A stretch of 63,968 nucleotides of DNA from Hyphochytrium catenoides (lineage: Eukaryota; Protista; Hyphochytriomycota), in assembly GCA_900088475.1 (NCBI GenBank), contig FLMG01000355.1:186001-249968 (forward strand). The letters are read 5' to 3'. A program made the position numbers and the translations under genes. The notes under the pieces were generated by a model that was not told where the DNA came from, did not search any database, and saw only the letters and a list, made by a program, of their open reading frames with translations. Below are positions 26,105-37,800 of the stretch, one piece after another. The stretch's first letter is position 1; each line of letters opens with the position of its first letter.

Positions 26105-27919
26105 ATGCGGCACCCAACCTTCTACGTGGCGTTCCTACTATTAGTCCTGGTTGCCCCTCAAAAGCTCGGTGCCGATGAGGTTACGCCCACAGATGTGGAG
26201 TATGACTCTTCTACACCCACCATGCAGCCACTTACAGGCACTCCCTCTACATCTTCGTCAAGCAGCACCATCAACGGCACTTTTGGGGAAGAACCAATGA
26301 CCCCGCATAGTGATAATACTACTTCCAGTGGTGCGTCAGACTACTATGTCGTGGAGCCTGATGAGAGCCACATCCATGGAACTGAGACTCCCACAGCGGG
26401 TCCCACCCCCAAAATTGTCCGCCCCGATTCTGGAGACGGTGAATTTCTGCCCTTTGAGGGAGCGACCAATGAAGAGGAGTCAACTACGCCTCCACCGGAA
26501 ACTGGAGTCGAAGAGGAGAGCTCCCGAGTGTTACCTTCTTCAGAAGCTCCGTCTCAGCCGGAGTCTACAGAGCCTGTTTCCAGTGAGCCATTGCCAACGG
26601 AACAGCAGCCTGCGGAGGGACCAGACGAGTCATTGGCTGAGGGTCCTAGGCCCACACCACAAGTTGTAGAACCGCCTCAGTCGACACCGGAAGACGGTTT
26701 CTTTAGTGGGACCAACGCACCGCCGACCACTTCGGCAGCCCCAACTCTAGGACCAATGACCCCTGACGCTCCGACCTCAGCAGCAGAAGAGCAGGAGGGC
26801 CAGCCACCTTTACCAGAGACGGACCCTAGTATAACGGAGCCTCCACGACCTACTCCTGAAATCGTGACTTTACCACCAGGTGGCAGTGGGTCTAACAGTG
26901 GGCCTGGCTGGAGTGGAACCAATGCCCCGCCAACCACCTCTTCGCCTCCTTCACCTCCTGCGCCTCCTTCACCTCCAAGCCCGGATGGCCAATCTCCGCC
27001 TCCCTCTTCTGGGGAAAAAGAAACATGCAGCGATGACGCTCCCCCCGCAACTTGTTCTGGCAGCTTCTCTGTGTATCATTACGCGGTGCGCACGGATCGA
27101 ACAAAGACGGCACAGTCCAACCAACTCCCTACTTGCAAGAGGAGCTATTCCGTTTCTCTTGACACTGGAAATGAGGTTCTTCCTCTCCTGGTATGTATTA
27201 ACTGTGGAGGAGACACGGCAAGTCTACAGCAGGTGTCTGGATGCCCATACCTAACGTGTGAGGAGAAGCCTCTCTGTGGTACTCTTAGTATCCCCTCCAG
27301 GTCCTTCTCAGCCACGCTCACTGTTGGACAAATGAGTTGCATTTACTCCAAGAGAGCCAGTAGCGGTGAAGATATTAGTGGATGCGTTGGAGTGAAGCTC
27401 ACAGAATCCGTGCAGGAGACGTCGGCAGCTCTCAGTGGGCTTAAGGCCACATCCAAGGGAGCCCTGGCAGGGGAAGCGCAGTTGCTAGGGAGCAACAATC
27501 AGGATGTAGTTCCTGCAGAGGGCACTGCAGAGGGGGTGGGAGAAGGGGTTGAAGGCGGGGGTGGTGAAGGAGGAGCTGCTGGAGTAAGTGGGCAAGCGGA
27601 AAAGAGCGAAAGTGGCTCGATAAGCAGTCAAACAACAGGCAAAAGGACAACCTCTAGTGGCTCAAGCGCCAAAGGAAACAGTGTGCAGAGCGTCGATGCC
27701 ATTGGTTCCTCCCCAGATTCCTTAACTTCTGACAGTCCTCCTGCTTCTCTGACTGTCGCAGTCGTGGTCGCTGCTTGTGTTCTTGTCCTGGCAGTGGTCG
27801 CTTCAGTTTTTAGAAAAGAGCTTCACTCCAAGATGTTAGCTTTCAGAGCCAGACGACGAACCTCAGGAGTACGTGACCTTGCTACTCCTATGACTGTGCG
27901 AGTCGAGGGCTCTATTTAG
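26105..27919 (+). CDS. Type-I membrane, mucin-like Pro/Ser/Thr-rich surface protein with a Cys-rich domain, 604 aa, intronless
   Basis: Signal peptide MRHPTFYVAFLLLVLVAPQKLGA; PEST-rich region with internal repeats (PRPTP..SGTNAPPTTS); 10-Cys domain; TM helix LTVAVVVAACVLVLAVVASVF followed by a basic cytoplasmic tail. Confidence 0.85.
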   Translation: MRHPTFYVAFLLLVLVAPQKLGADEVTPTDVEYDSSTPTMQPLTGTPSTSSSSSTINGTFGEEPMTPHSDNTTSSGASDYYVVEPDESHIHGTETPTAGPTPKIVRPDSGDGEFLPFEGATNEEESTTPPPETGVEEESSRVLPSSEAPSQPESTEPVSSEPLPTEQQPAEGPDESLAEGPRPTPQVVEPPQSTPEDGFFSGTNAPPTTSAAPTLGPMTPDAPTSAAEEQEGQPPLPETDPSITEPPRPTPEIVTLPPGGSGSNSGPGWSGTNAPPTTSSPPSPPAPPSPPSPDGQSPPPSSGEKETCSDDAPPATCSGSFSVYHYAVRTDRTKTAQSNQLPTCKRSYSVSLDTGNEVLPLLVCINCGGDTASLQQVSGCPYLTCEEKPLCGTLSIPSRSFSATLTVGQMSCIYSKRASSGEDISGCVGVKLTESVQETSAALSGLKATSKGALAGEAQLLGSNNQDVVPAEGTAEGVGEGVEGGGGEGGAAGVSGQAEKSESGSISSQTTGKRTTSSGSSAKGNSVQSVDAIGSSPDSLTSDSPPASLTVAVVVAACVLVLAVVASVFRKELHSKMLAFRARRRTSGVRDLATPMTVRVEGSI

Positions 27920-28704
27920 CCACATCGCTAAGCTTTTTATTCAGCTTCTCTGGCACAATCTTGGCCTTTTCTTATTATATAAAGAGAGCTATCTCTATTA
28001 TCAAACCTTGCGAAGCTAATCAAAAGGGCTTTTAGTTTATCCTTCCTGCTTTCCTTGCTGTTTGGCATCAAACGCTCCGAGAGGACAATGCCCTCTATGA
28101 ACAGTCCCTGCCAGTAGTAGCAGCCACTCGACTCGTAGCAAGGACTATTATTTGACTCAAGCATGCTTTCTCTTTCCAGACTCTGTCCGGCGTGAATCCC
28201 GGATTCCGCCAATCTTGTTAGATCTTAGTCTTCTTCGCGCACTAGCATCGGCACCGTTTCTCACGATGTGGGCAGAGGAGAGGGTCCAGTGTGCCGTCAA
28301 CATGACTACGTCCCTTTCCAGGACGATCTGATAGGTATCACAAAGACAAAAAAAGGCTAAGCATAACAAGGTATGCTGACGAAAGTCCATGGACGAAAAA
28401 GTCTAGCTTTCTTATCACTCTAAGAAGGAGAAGGAAAATTTTCACTCTTCGGTGGCACTCTTTTACGAGATAACATCAGATGCATGTCAACGCTTTCAAG
28501 AGATATATTAACCGCCGGAGCGCTTCTGTCATAAGAAAGGTTTCTCTCCTTGGAGATAATATATATAGAGAAGCAACAGCGACCGCCAGGTAGCGCCGGC
28601 TAGCACTTCCACATGCCAGGGACAAAGGGTTAAGGAGCAGTTAGAGAACCGAACCTAGAGGTAACATAAGGGAAAAAGCCAGGAGAAAAGACACTATTCA
28701 CTTT

Positions 28705-29555
28705 TTATGCCATCGAATCTATGAGTGCATCCCGCATGTCCTTCACAATGTGAGTGCCTCCGGCTGTGTTCAGCTTGAAGATGTCCTCTATCACTGAGAT
28801 TTCTGTCGAGGTAGTGTCCAGTCCGCAAAAAGCAGCCCAATCGTTGACTGCTAGGCCAGCTCCTATTACGTCACTGCCTCTGTTGACAGTGCCAGCGCGG
28901 ACAGGAACCTGCAGCAGCGCTGCAAGCTCCTCCTGCTCCTCCACGGTAGCTCTTGGGTGCACAAGACAACCTTGGTTGCTCAAAGCAGTATAGCTTCCCA
29001 CCAGAGCATTGCCTGCGATTGCTTCTCTAAAGACTTCTACCCCTAGCACATCCGCCACGATCTCTTCTGTTTCCTAACAGGACCAAAGGGCGAATGGAGG
29101 GTGAGAATTGAGGTTTAGCTAAATTGCAAAGCAAGCCATGGAGGGAGAGACAGAAAGTCCAAAGTGGAAGAGAAGTATTAACTCACCCTGTCTAGGTCTG
29201 AGTGTACCAGCGCCACGTGATCATTTGTGACCACACAGTTGCCTAACGCTGAAAGCCTCTCTTCCACACGCTGGACTACTACGCTGTCTGGAAGACTATT
29301 CCTGATATGCAGAAGCTCCTGATCTGTCGTCGAGTTAGGCACCAACAGCCCTCTCTTATTGCCAACCGCGAGTCTGCCAATGATCCTGCATCCTGCTATT
29401 GACGCTCTGACGACTGGAACGTGGTCCGCAAGCTCTGTCTCAAAGACCGAGTAAAAGTTTTCAGATCCTCCTACGCAGACAAGCGCGTAAGCGTTTGTGA
29501 TCCTTGAGAAGACACCAATCTCGTTGCTGTTCTCAAACTGTGTCCTTGTTGCCAT
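28705..29555 (-). CDS. EIF6: Eukaryotic translation initiation factor 6; 2 exons (29555-29187, 29073-28705), 245 aa
   Basis: [74 protein letters not shown]; phase-0 GT-AG intron. Confidence 0.98.
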
Positions 29556-29786
29556 GATGCTGAAGTCCAAAGAGCTGAACCTGCGCGTCTAGTTTCTTCT
29601 TTTGTCTGGTTGTTCCGGACCTTCCAAGGTTAGAGGAAAGTCACTTATGAGTGGGGATGAGTGTGAGGGGCAACGTGCTGAGAGCTTGCCAGTGCAACCT
29701 GCTGACAGGAGCTTACGTGCCTCTAGAGAATCTGTGGGATGCTTTATGTTGGTTATGGTCTCAAGGGCTGTNNNNNNNNNNNNNNN

Positions 29787-29835
<49 letters not shown>

Positions 29836-30010
29836 CTGTTCGTCTCCTTTTCCCTTGCCCTTTGTCCCCATCTCTCTCTTCTGTCTCTCTCTCTCGTGTT
29901 CTATCGTTCTCCCTCTCTCTTTACTCTCTCTCTCTCTCTCTATCTCTCTGTCTCTCTCTCTTTCACTCTCTCTGTCTCTCTCTCTGTCTCTCTCCTCTCC
30001 TTTTCTCCCT
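29787..30010. repeat. (CT)n-rich tract following a short gap (N 29772-29786), upstream of eIF6
   Basis: Read directly. Confidence 0.9.
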
Positions 30011-31894
30011 CAATCAGAAGTTGTTGGTGAGCAGGGAAGCGAGAGGAAAGCCGAAGAATCAGAACGATGATTGTCACAGTACTGGCGTCGTGGGTTAGCT
30101 TACAGCATGAGTTTGGAGTGAGGATAAGAGCTGCGTTTACTAGGCCCCTAAGTTAGGTAGCTAAGATTTCAAACCCATGCAGTGAGGTTTTTCTCTGCCT
30201 AAAACAATGTGCGTTTGATTTTGCTCCTGTGTCAGAGACCTTACCTATGAATGTGGAACGTCTCAGGAGGATATTACTACCTCCGGCTCCTGGGGGTCGA
30301 CAGAATAGTGCCAATCAGAATTTTACTTGCACTCTCCTCTCTGTCTCGGCACTCAAGACAACAAACACAGCAGCAGTCGAAGCGGAAGCCGTTGGGTCAG
30401 CAGCATCACTGACCTTCACTCCTCCTGCCTAGGGCAAAAGGTGGCAACAGCAGCTGGAGAAGAAGTGGCGCAGTCGTCGTTAGCTCATCAGCTAATCAAT
30501 TACATAGAGAGACACAGAGTGAGGTGCCTATGTTACAGAGGACGGGTGATCTCTACCGCCTCCTGAAGTGGAGGGGAAGAAAGAGTTCGTTCTCTCCTGA
30601 TTTTTCATCAACGTTGCAGCAGCAGGTCCTCCTCCGTCTTCCGTTCTTTTCGCCCGTCATGATAAGCTAAAGAAGATAATGGTGTAAAGGATCACTATTC
30701 TCATTGATAGCATACACTTAGCGACAATGTCACTATAGCCTGGTTCCTTCGCAACAGCGATGGTTGCTGCTCTCGGCAGGAGCCGGTGGTCTCGGCTGGG
30801 TTGATATTGCTACTGTCTGATCTAAATTGAGTGCGCACTCCCCCTATGCAATAAGAAAGGAGACGAAGAGCGCCCGTGGTAGAGCTGCACACCGGTTCCC
30901 ACTTTGACTATGACGCTTGGGTTGAATGTCTATAGAGCAGCGGCCAATAATTAGGTCCTATGGAATAGAGTAAGCACCCACATTAACATCTTCCATTATT
31001 AGGTACACGCCATGGGATCGTCTAGCCATGCTGCACTGCGAATTTCTTTGCTTTAATCTAAGAGAGCAATAGATCAAAGAATCCCGATGATCAAGACAAT
31101 AATGCTGGCTCGGGCGCCAAGAGGAGGAGCAGGAGGACTGCCAATCAACAAATAACAAAGAGAGAGAGCTGCTGCTGCTGAGGCAGTAAAGCATGCTCGT
31201 TGCCTATGAATTGTACAGGTACAGATCTCCTCAATCAAGGGTCATACCGAAAAAACATTCCCTTGAGTCCGAGATTACCCAGGTCCTTGATCTCATCGTA
31301 AATAACCAACGAAAGCCATAGACCCCGAATATAGAGGAGTTGGAGCCGAGGTTAGCTCTCACGTAGTAGCCGGTAACGGTAAGCCTCACCTTCAGTAACG
31401 CTCTCCACCAAACCCAAGAGCCACCAGCGGACGGACATCCCTGAGCTATCAACTTGTCGGGGGCTCATGACCAAGGCAAGCACTGACTGCCGCATCGCAG
31501 GGCCCGCGCAGTTGGAGCAGTAGCATCTGGCCCGGAGCTGCGCGCAGCAGGCGACCAGGCAGAGGACCTGGAAGTGGGACAGAGGAAGAAGTTCAGAGGA
31601 AAGAGGATGATCAAACGACATATATATAGCCCTCATGTTGAAGGAGAGTCGATGGACCTTCAAATTTATTGGCCCAAGTAGGCTACCGTGATAAGGAGAT
31701 CTGCCACAACAGCATGACGAAATGGCTGGAGTTTCTTGAAGAGAGGGGAAGACCCAAAGTGCGATTGAGCCCCTAAAGGCAAGGAGAGCTAGAAGCCCTA
31801 TAGATGGCTTCTGTCCTCCCAATGTCAGCGGAAGCCACGTAGATTTCCTCCAACTAACAGAGTAGGAGTGGTGGGTCATCTTCCGCAAGGGAGG

Positions 31895-34800
31895 ATGGCA
31901 AAGCGGCGAGGAAGAAACACCTGGGTGTTTCCTGAGGACACTAACTTGTCTGCAGAGCCGTCACCTGAAGATGGGAGAGCAACTTCAAGAGAAGGGACAA
32001 CGGCAAGAAGAGGACGGCGGCCAAGTAGTGTAAGCAGTACTCTCTCTCCTCCCTCACCCGTGACTCCGAGGACTGTCAAAATCGTTCCTCTCTCCCCTCC
32101 CCGACGGTATGAAGACGAGGAGGACCAAGTATGGATGGGAGGATTGGGTCAGACTTCAGCGTCTGCAGAGCCCTCACTTGACGAGCAGGAACTGCAACAG
32201 ATTCTCAAGGGTCAGGAGATAACTTTGGACAGAGAGGGCAATCCTGTGACACAGAGAGAGAGAGTAGGGAAGAATGGGTCACTGGCAGCGGGCAACAAGG
32301 AGAACACTGAAGACGAGGATGCGCAGCTGGAAACATTCATTAGTTCAGCTCCTCCCTCTCACTCTCTGGACGAGAGCACGGTGAAAATGGCCAAGACCTT
32401 GATGCTCTCCAAAAAAAAGCTCGAGGCCTATGAGAGAAGGCTAGAAGAGCTGCAAAGAAAGCTGGTAGGCTCCAACATTCTTTGACTCAGATCTCTCTCT
32501 CTCTCTTTTATCTTTCATGGTTTTATTTCTCTCTGTCTCCCTCTTGTTCTAGTCTAGCCATCCATTGAGAGGGGTCTGCCGAGAAGGAGGACGGAGATCA
32601 GGGGGTGGAAGAGACATAACAAACGAAGGTTGACAAAGGGAGAAGTGTACACAGTAGCGGAGCAGAGAAGAAGAAAGGAACGGGGAGACAAGAAGTTTAT
32701 TCGCTCTTCTCCCTATATGTCTCCAGCTTGAGTCAGAGACCCAATCCAAACAGCTAAAGGAGACCCTTGAAGAAGAGAGAAAGATGCACGACATCACTGA
32801 GCAAGAGTTCAGCAGGCTGCAAGAGCTTGGCTCTCAAGCTGCTGGGAAGAGACAGAGCTCGGCTTTGTTTGCCATAGGGACTGGAGGAAGGTTTACGAAC
32901 TTGAAGAACGAAGAGCTAATGAGGAAGAGAAAAGAAGATGCCAAACGAATGCTTCTAGAAGCGACAAATGTAAGAGCAACTGGGGGGACTTTCACTCTAT
33001 CTCTTCACTTCTCTCTCTCTCTCTCTCCTTTCTCCCTTTGAGTGCCTTTTCATTCTTTATCAGGGTACGCTGTGGCACCTCTAGCTTGTTCATAGTTTTC
33101 CCAATGGCTTTCCCCGTCTCCCTTTCCCACACACTAGCTCTGGCGCTATTCTCCCGGTTCCCCGTCAAGAGGAGTTGTGTCCTTCCCTTTGTACTAGAAC
33201 ATGTTATCTATAGAAGTGAGGGTCATCCTCATTGTCTCTTTCGTCGTCCGGGGCCTCTATGCCTGCTTTGTGTCAATTCGAGGGCAGCTGGAAGATGAAG
33301 ATGCCGGTATAGACTACGGAGAAAAGCAGAAAATCGTGTTCTGGCGACGAGTTCTGTCTTCTCTCCTGCGCTTCGTCCCGTTTAGAGGAGATATCCAGAC
33401 CATTGAAGCTCGTTTCGGGTCTTCCGTCGTCTCTTACTTCCAATTCTACCGCTGGATGGTAGGGACCTACGCCCTTCTCGCCCTGATCAGTGCCAGCTAC
33501 TTCCTCACTCATGCCATCCAGTTGTGCAGTAAGGTAAATATGGAGAGAAGGAAAAGACTCTATAGGTCATACATATATCTTGTTCACAGGGCAAGGATGG
33601 AGAGAGAGAGAAAACGAGAGAGAAAGAGAGAGAGAGAGAGAGTGAGAGAGATAAACAGCCGCAGAGACACACACAGAGAGAGCTAGAGAAAAGAGGCCAA
33701 CTACATGGCACGCAGAAGACACCCTCAGCGAGAGGGAGAGAAAGAACAAGTCGTCGCTCTGATATGCTCCTTGTCGGCTTATGGAACTTAAACGATCTCA
33801 ATGGCCATCTTGTTCTCCTCTATCCTACCGTTCTCTCCCTTTCTCTCTGGCTCTCTTCCTCATCTCTCGCTCTCTTCCTCAACTCTCGCTCCCTAACTTT
33901 CATTGCCTCCCTCTCTTTTCCTCCCGCTCCATTCTCCCACTTCACTCTACGCTACTCCACCATGCCACCAATGTCTCGTTGCCTTTCTTATCTCTCCTCT
34001 AGTCTTGTCGGACTCTGTACCAGTTCAGAGGCGCTGTACCGCTGGCCATGCTGTTCGACAGCTACGATGTTCAAGAGAGAGCGGACTACTCCGTGAGTGC
34101 TAGAGATCAGCAAGACCTACTGCCCTGGAATTGCAGCCCACCTCTTCATCTACCTCACCTCACGAGTCAATCTCCCAGCAGCTTCTCTGCTTCAAAAAAC
34201 CTAAGCTCCCCCTCTACCGTGCCCAATTATCATTATCAGATTCCCCATCTCGCACTTTGTCACGTCTGTCTAACCTATCTAACTGAATATCATGTTACTT
34301 GTTGCTCTCTCTTTCTCTCTTCTTCTCATCTACCTCTATCCTCACCAACCCTTTGCCATCTCCCTACATCTTCTCTTGCCATGTGAAAACGATCAGACCA
34401 TGCTCTTGCTCTACCCGGCTGTCCTCTTGGTCCTCTCTGTGGTCAAGTGGGCGGGGGATGACAAGGCAATCAAGGAAGTAGCTATGGAACAGGACGATAA
34501 CGAGCAACCGGTAGGGGGAACTCCCTCAGTCTTATGGCCTTCATCTAGAAGATCACTGTCTCTTGAAGCTTCATTCCTTTGTCCCTCTATGGTGCCCTCG
34601 TACTGCCCAATTACTTGTGCTCTTTGCCTGCCTCCCTCCATGCATTAGTTGGTAGGGCACGAAAGCTTCTCTGTTCCTCTTCTCTGCCACTTACGCCATT
34701 CGTTTTTTCTCTTGACCGCTGTTAACCTCTTTTTGCGTTACTCTCTCTCTTTGCTACCTTTGACCTGGGCCATTGCAGCGCAAGTTCACTCGGTTGGCCC

Positions 34801-37800
34801 TGAATTGTTGGAACTTTTCGATCACGACCGAGACGGTAGGTCTAGGAACTAAGTGACGGCAGCGAAGTAGAAACAGTGAGAGGAAGAGAGAGGAACACGA
34901 CAAAGTAACAGGACACAGAGAAAGAAGGCGGTACAAGGGGCCGAGCGGGACAGAGACAGAGAAGAAGCGACAATGGAGGAGAGAGATAATATTAGAGGGG
35001 TAAGCATCAGGACTTGCAACAAGAGGCCATTGGCCCAGCCCAGAGCTGATGGTACTTTACGGCTCATACTTGTTGGATCAAGCTTGACCTTCAGTCTTTC
35101 CCTCCCCGTCTGCACTCTGGGGTGCTCTCTCTCTCTCTCTTTTGTTGCGCAAACAGGAAGCGACGGACATGAAAAATATTATTGGGAACAGCCTGTCAGT
35201 AGCTTTTTATGCAGAGCAAGTCGAGATAACCGCTCGCAGAAGGACTACGTAAGTCTCACTTTCCAATAGAGTTTTCCGTTTGGCTATGTTGGGCGGCGCC
35301 TCAGCACTGCCTTTCTCATGCTTGTCGCTAGCGATGCTGTTTTCTTGCTGTGTCTGTCCCTTTTGTCCCTCTCGAGCACTGCCCTTGAATCACCAACGTC
35401 TGCCTTTCGCATACTTTTCGCTCCTCTCATCCGTCAATGTCTCTCTCCTATTGTGTCTATCCTTCTCTATCACATCCTTTCCCAGGCGGCAGAAGGCAAT
35501 CCTCTATAGCCGAAGGGCCTTCGGGTTCTTGCTCTACATCTCCCTTCAGGTCAGGCTCTTGCCCTGCTTCGAAAGCTTCCTTTCTCCCTTTTCCAATTTT
35601 GGGCTTCTCTATAAACTTCTAGAGAGCGCTAATTCTTCTCCCTTGACTACTCTTCCTTCCTCTTTCTCCCATTCTTCTCGTTTCGTCTCTGTGCAGTTTG
35701 TGCTCCCTCTTTTTCTTCCTTCTCATCCTTACCGCTTTTGGGTACAGACTATCTGTCTCGTAAGGCGCCTTCACTTCTTCCTTTGTTCCGCATTTTTCCG
35801 GATTCGGTCGCCATAGATCTGGCGCGCACACTGCTCACAATCATTCCTTCTGTCTTGACTCCCTCCTTTCTCAGGTGCTGCTGTGGATCATTATCCTCCT
35901 GGTGACTGCCTCTTCAGCAAAGATAATAGAGTGGACAAAGGGTGTCTCTTCCATGCAAGATGTGGTCAATGCCATAGCACCAAGGTCTGCTTCAGCTTTC
36001 GCTGTCTTACAGACCTTTGCTTGTTTCTCCATGTTTCCCCCTCAGGTTTCCCTGGCAGGGAGTTGCATCTGCAATGTTTGGCGTGATATGTCTCTTGGCT
36101 AACTTTCTCTCTCTCTCTCTCTCTCTCCTCTGTGTGTGTGTGTGTCTCTCTCTCTCTCTCTCTCTCTGTGTGTCCCTCTCTTTCTCTTCGCTTTCTTTCT
36201 CTACCCTGCGGCCTTTTCATTTTCACAGTATTCCGCCAACGGTGGTCGCGGTTATCAATGGAGTCCTGCCAATCCTTATTTCCTTCATCACTGAGTTCGA
36301 GCGCTGGGACTCCCCTGCCTTGTTTAACAAACTCAAAGTCTTCAGACTCTTTCTGGCACAGCTCTTTGCTGTCATTGTTCAGGTATGCCCTCGAGCCTTG
36401 CTTATCTTTCCTCTCTCGCTTGTCTGCTTGTTCCTTTTGCCTCTTACTCCCCTCTCGTTCTCTGCTCTCTCCTCCCCGTCCGCAGTTCTGCGTCCTCTTT
36501 CCAATATTTCTCTCTCCGTGTTCGCGCTACAACCCTGGGTCTCGGTCATCCTCTTCTGCTTCCCAACCCAACTCTACTGTTTGAGGCAGGCGGTTGCCTC
36601 TCTCACCCACGCGCTATTTCCCTCTTCTTCAGCACCGCTGAGCTTCAAGCTCATTGGACGATCCCTCTCCCTCCGTCTCTTTCCCTTCGTCGCTACCACT
36701 CTTCCATTCCCCATGTAGGTCTTCTCCTATCTCCTGTTGCTAGACCCTTCGCTTTTAGCCAGTAGCGAAACCTTGTTCCTTGGTCTAAAGGCTTCGGACG
36801 TGCGTGGAAGTGCCGAACAAAAGTGGAACGAGAACATTTATCCCTGCAGAGCACAGCAGACAGCCGTCGGCCTAGCAGGTGGAACTCACTTCTCTGTTGC
36901 CTAGTAGCGTTCTTCCAGGCCATTGCTGGGAGAACCTTTAGTCTCACCTTTCTATGGTTAGAGGGCTACCTTTTATCTATCTCTATCTCTTCTGCCATTT
37001 CCCTAGTGAACGGACAGGACTATCCTCTCTTCCATTTAAGAGTCTCCGTCGGGCCCATTACGTTCAGCCAAGAGAACCCTTGTTGACTGTTTCCCTGACT
37101 GTGCTCACCTAGGTCTTCCCATCACAAACTTCGTCATCGGGAAGATCACGCTCTGTCTCTTTCCTATTCTCTCCTGGGCTATTGGCCGCCTGAGAAAGCG
37201 GCAGGGGTTCCAGAAGGCTGATTTTGACGTGAGTAGCGGGAAGGAGAGAGAAGTAGAAAAGCATTCGTCCCCTACGTTGCGGGCTAGTTCTCCTGTTTCT
37301 CGCAGTATGGCCTTAGTTTCTCTGGGTTCTTTATATCGCCCCTCCTTCGTTATATGTGTCTTTGTCCCTCGGTGCTCTCCTGCCACCTATTCCAAGCATC
37401 TTTCCCTTACCCGGTGTCTCTATCGTTATCTCTCTCTTCTATAATCAATCTGACTCCTTCTCATGCGCCGGTCGCTCCATTCTACAAAGAAAGAAGACTA
37501 AATATTTGTGTCCTTCGCATTCTCTTTGAACACGCGCACTCCTCAAACATCTGCATCTGATCCGTATCGCTGCAGGTGCCCACGCGGATGGTCTCACTGC
37601 TTTACTTTCAGGTATGACGCTAGTCTGAGGACTATAGCGTTCCTCTCCTTCTTCCAGCAGTAAGCGAACCAAGGGACTATCTACTGCTCCTCCATTCATT
37701 AGTCGGCGGATATATGTCTCCCTCTCTCTCTCTCTCTCGTTTTCTACTTTGCGCTGAGGCTTTCGTACGTTAATTCTTTAGGGCCAAAAGTCCCTTGGAA

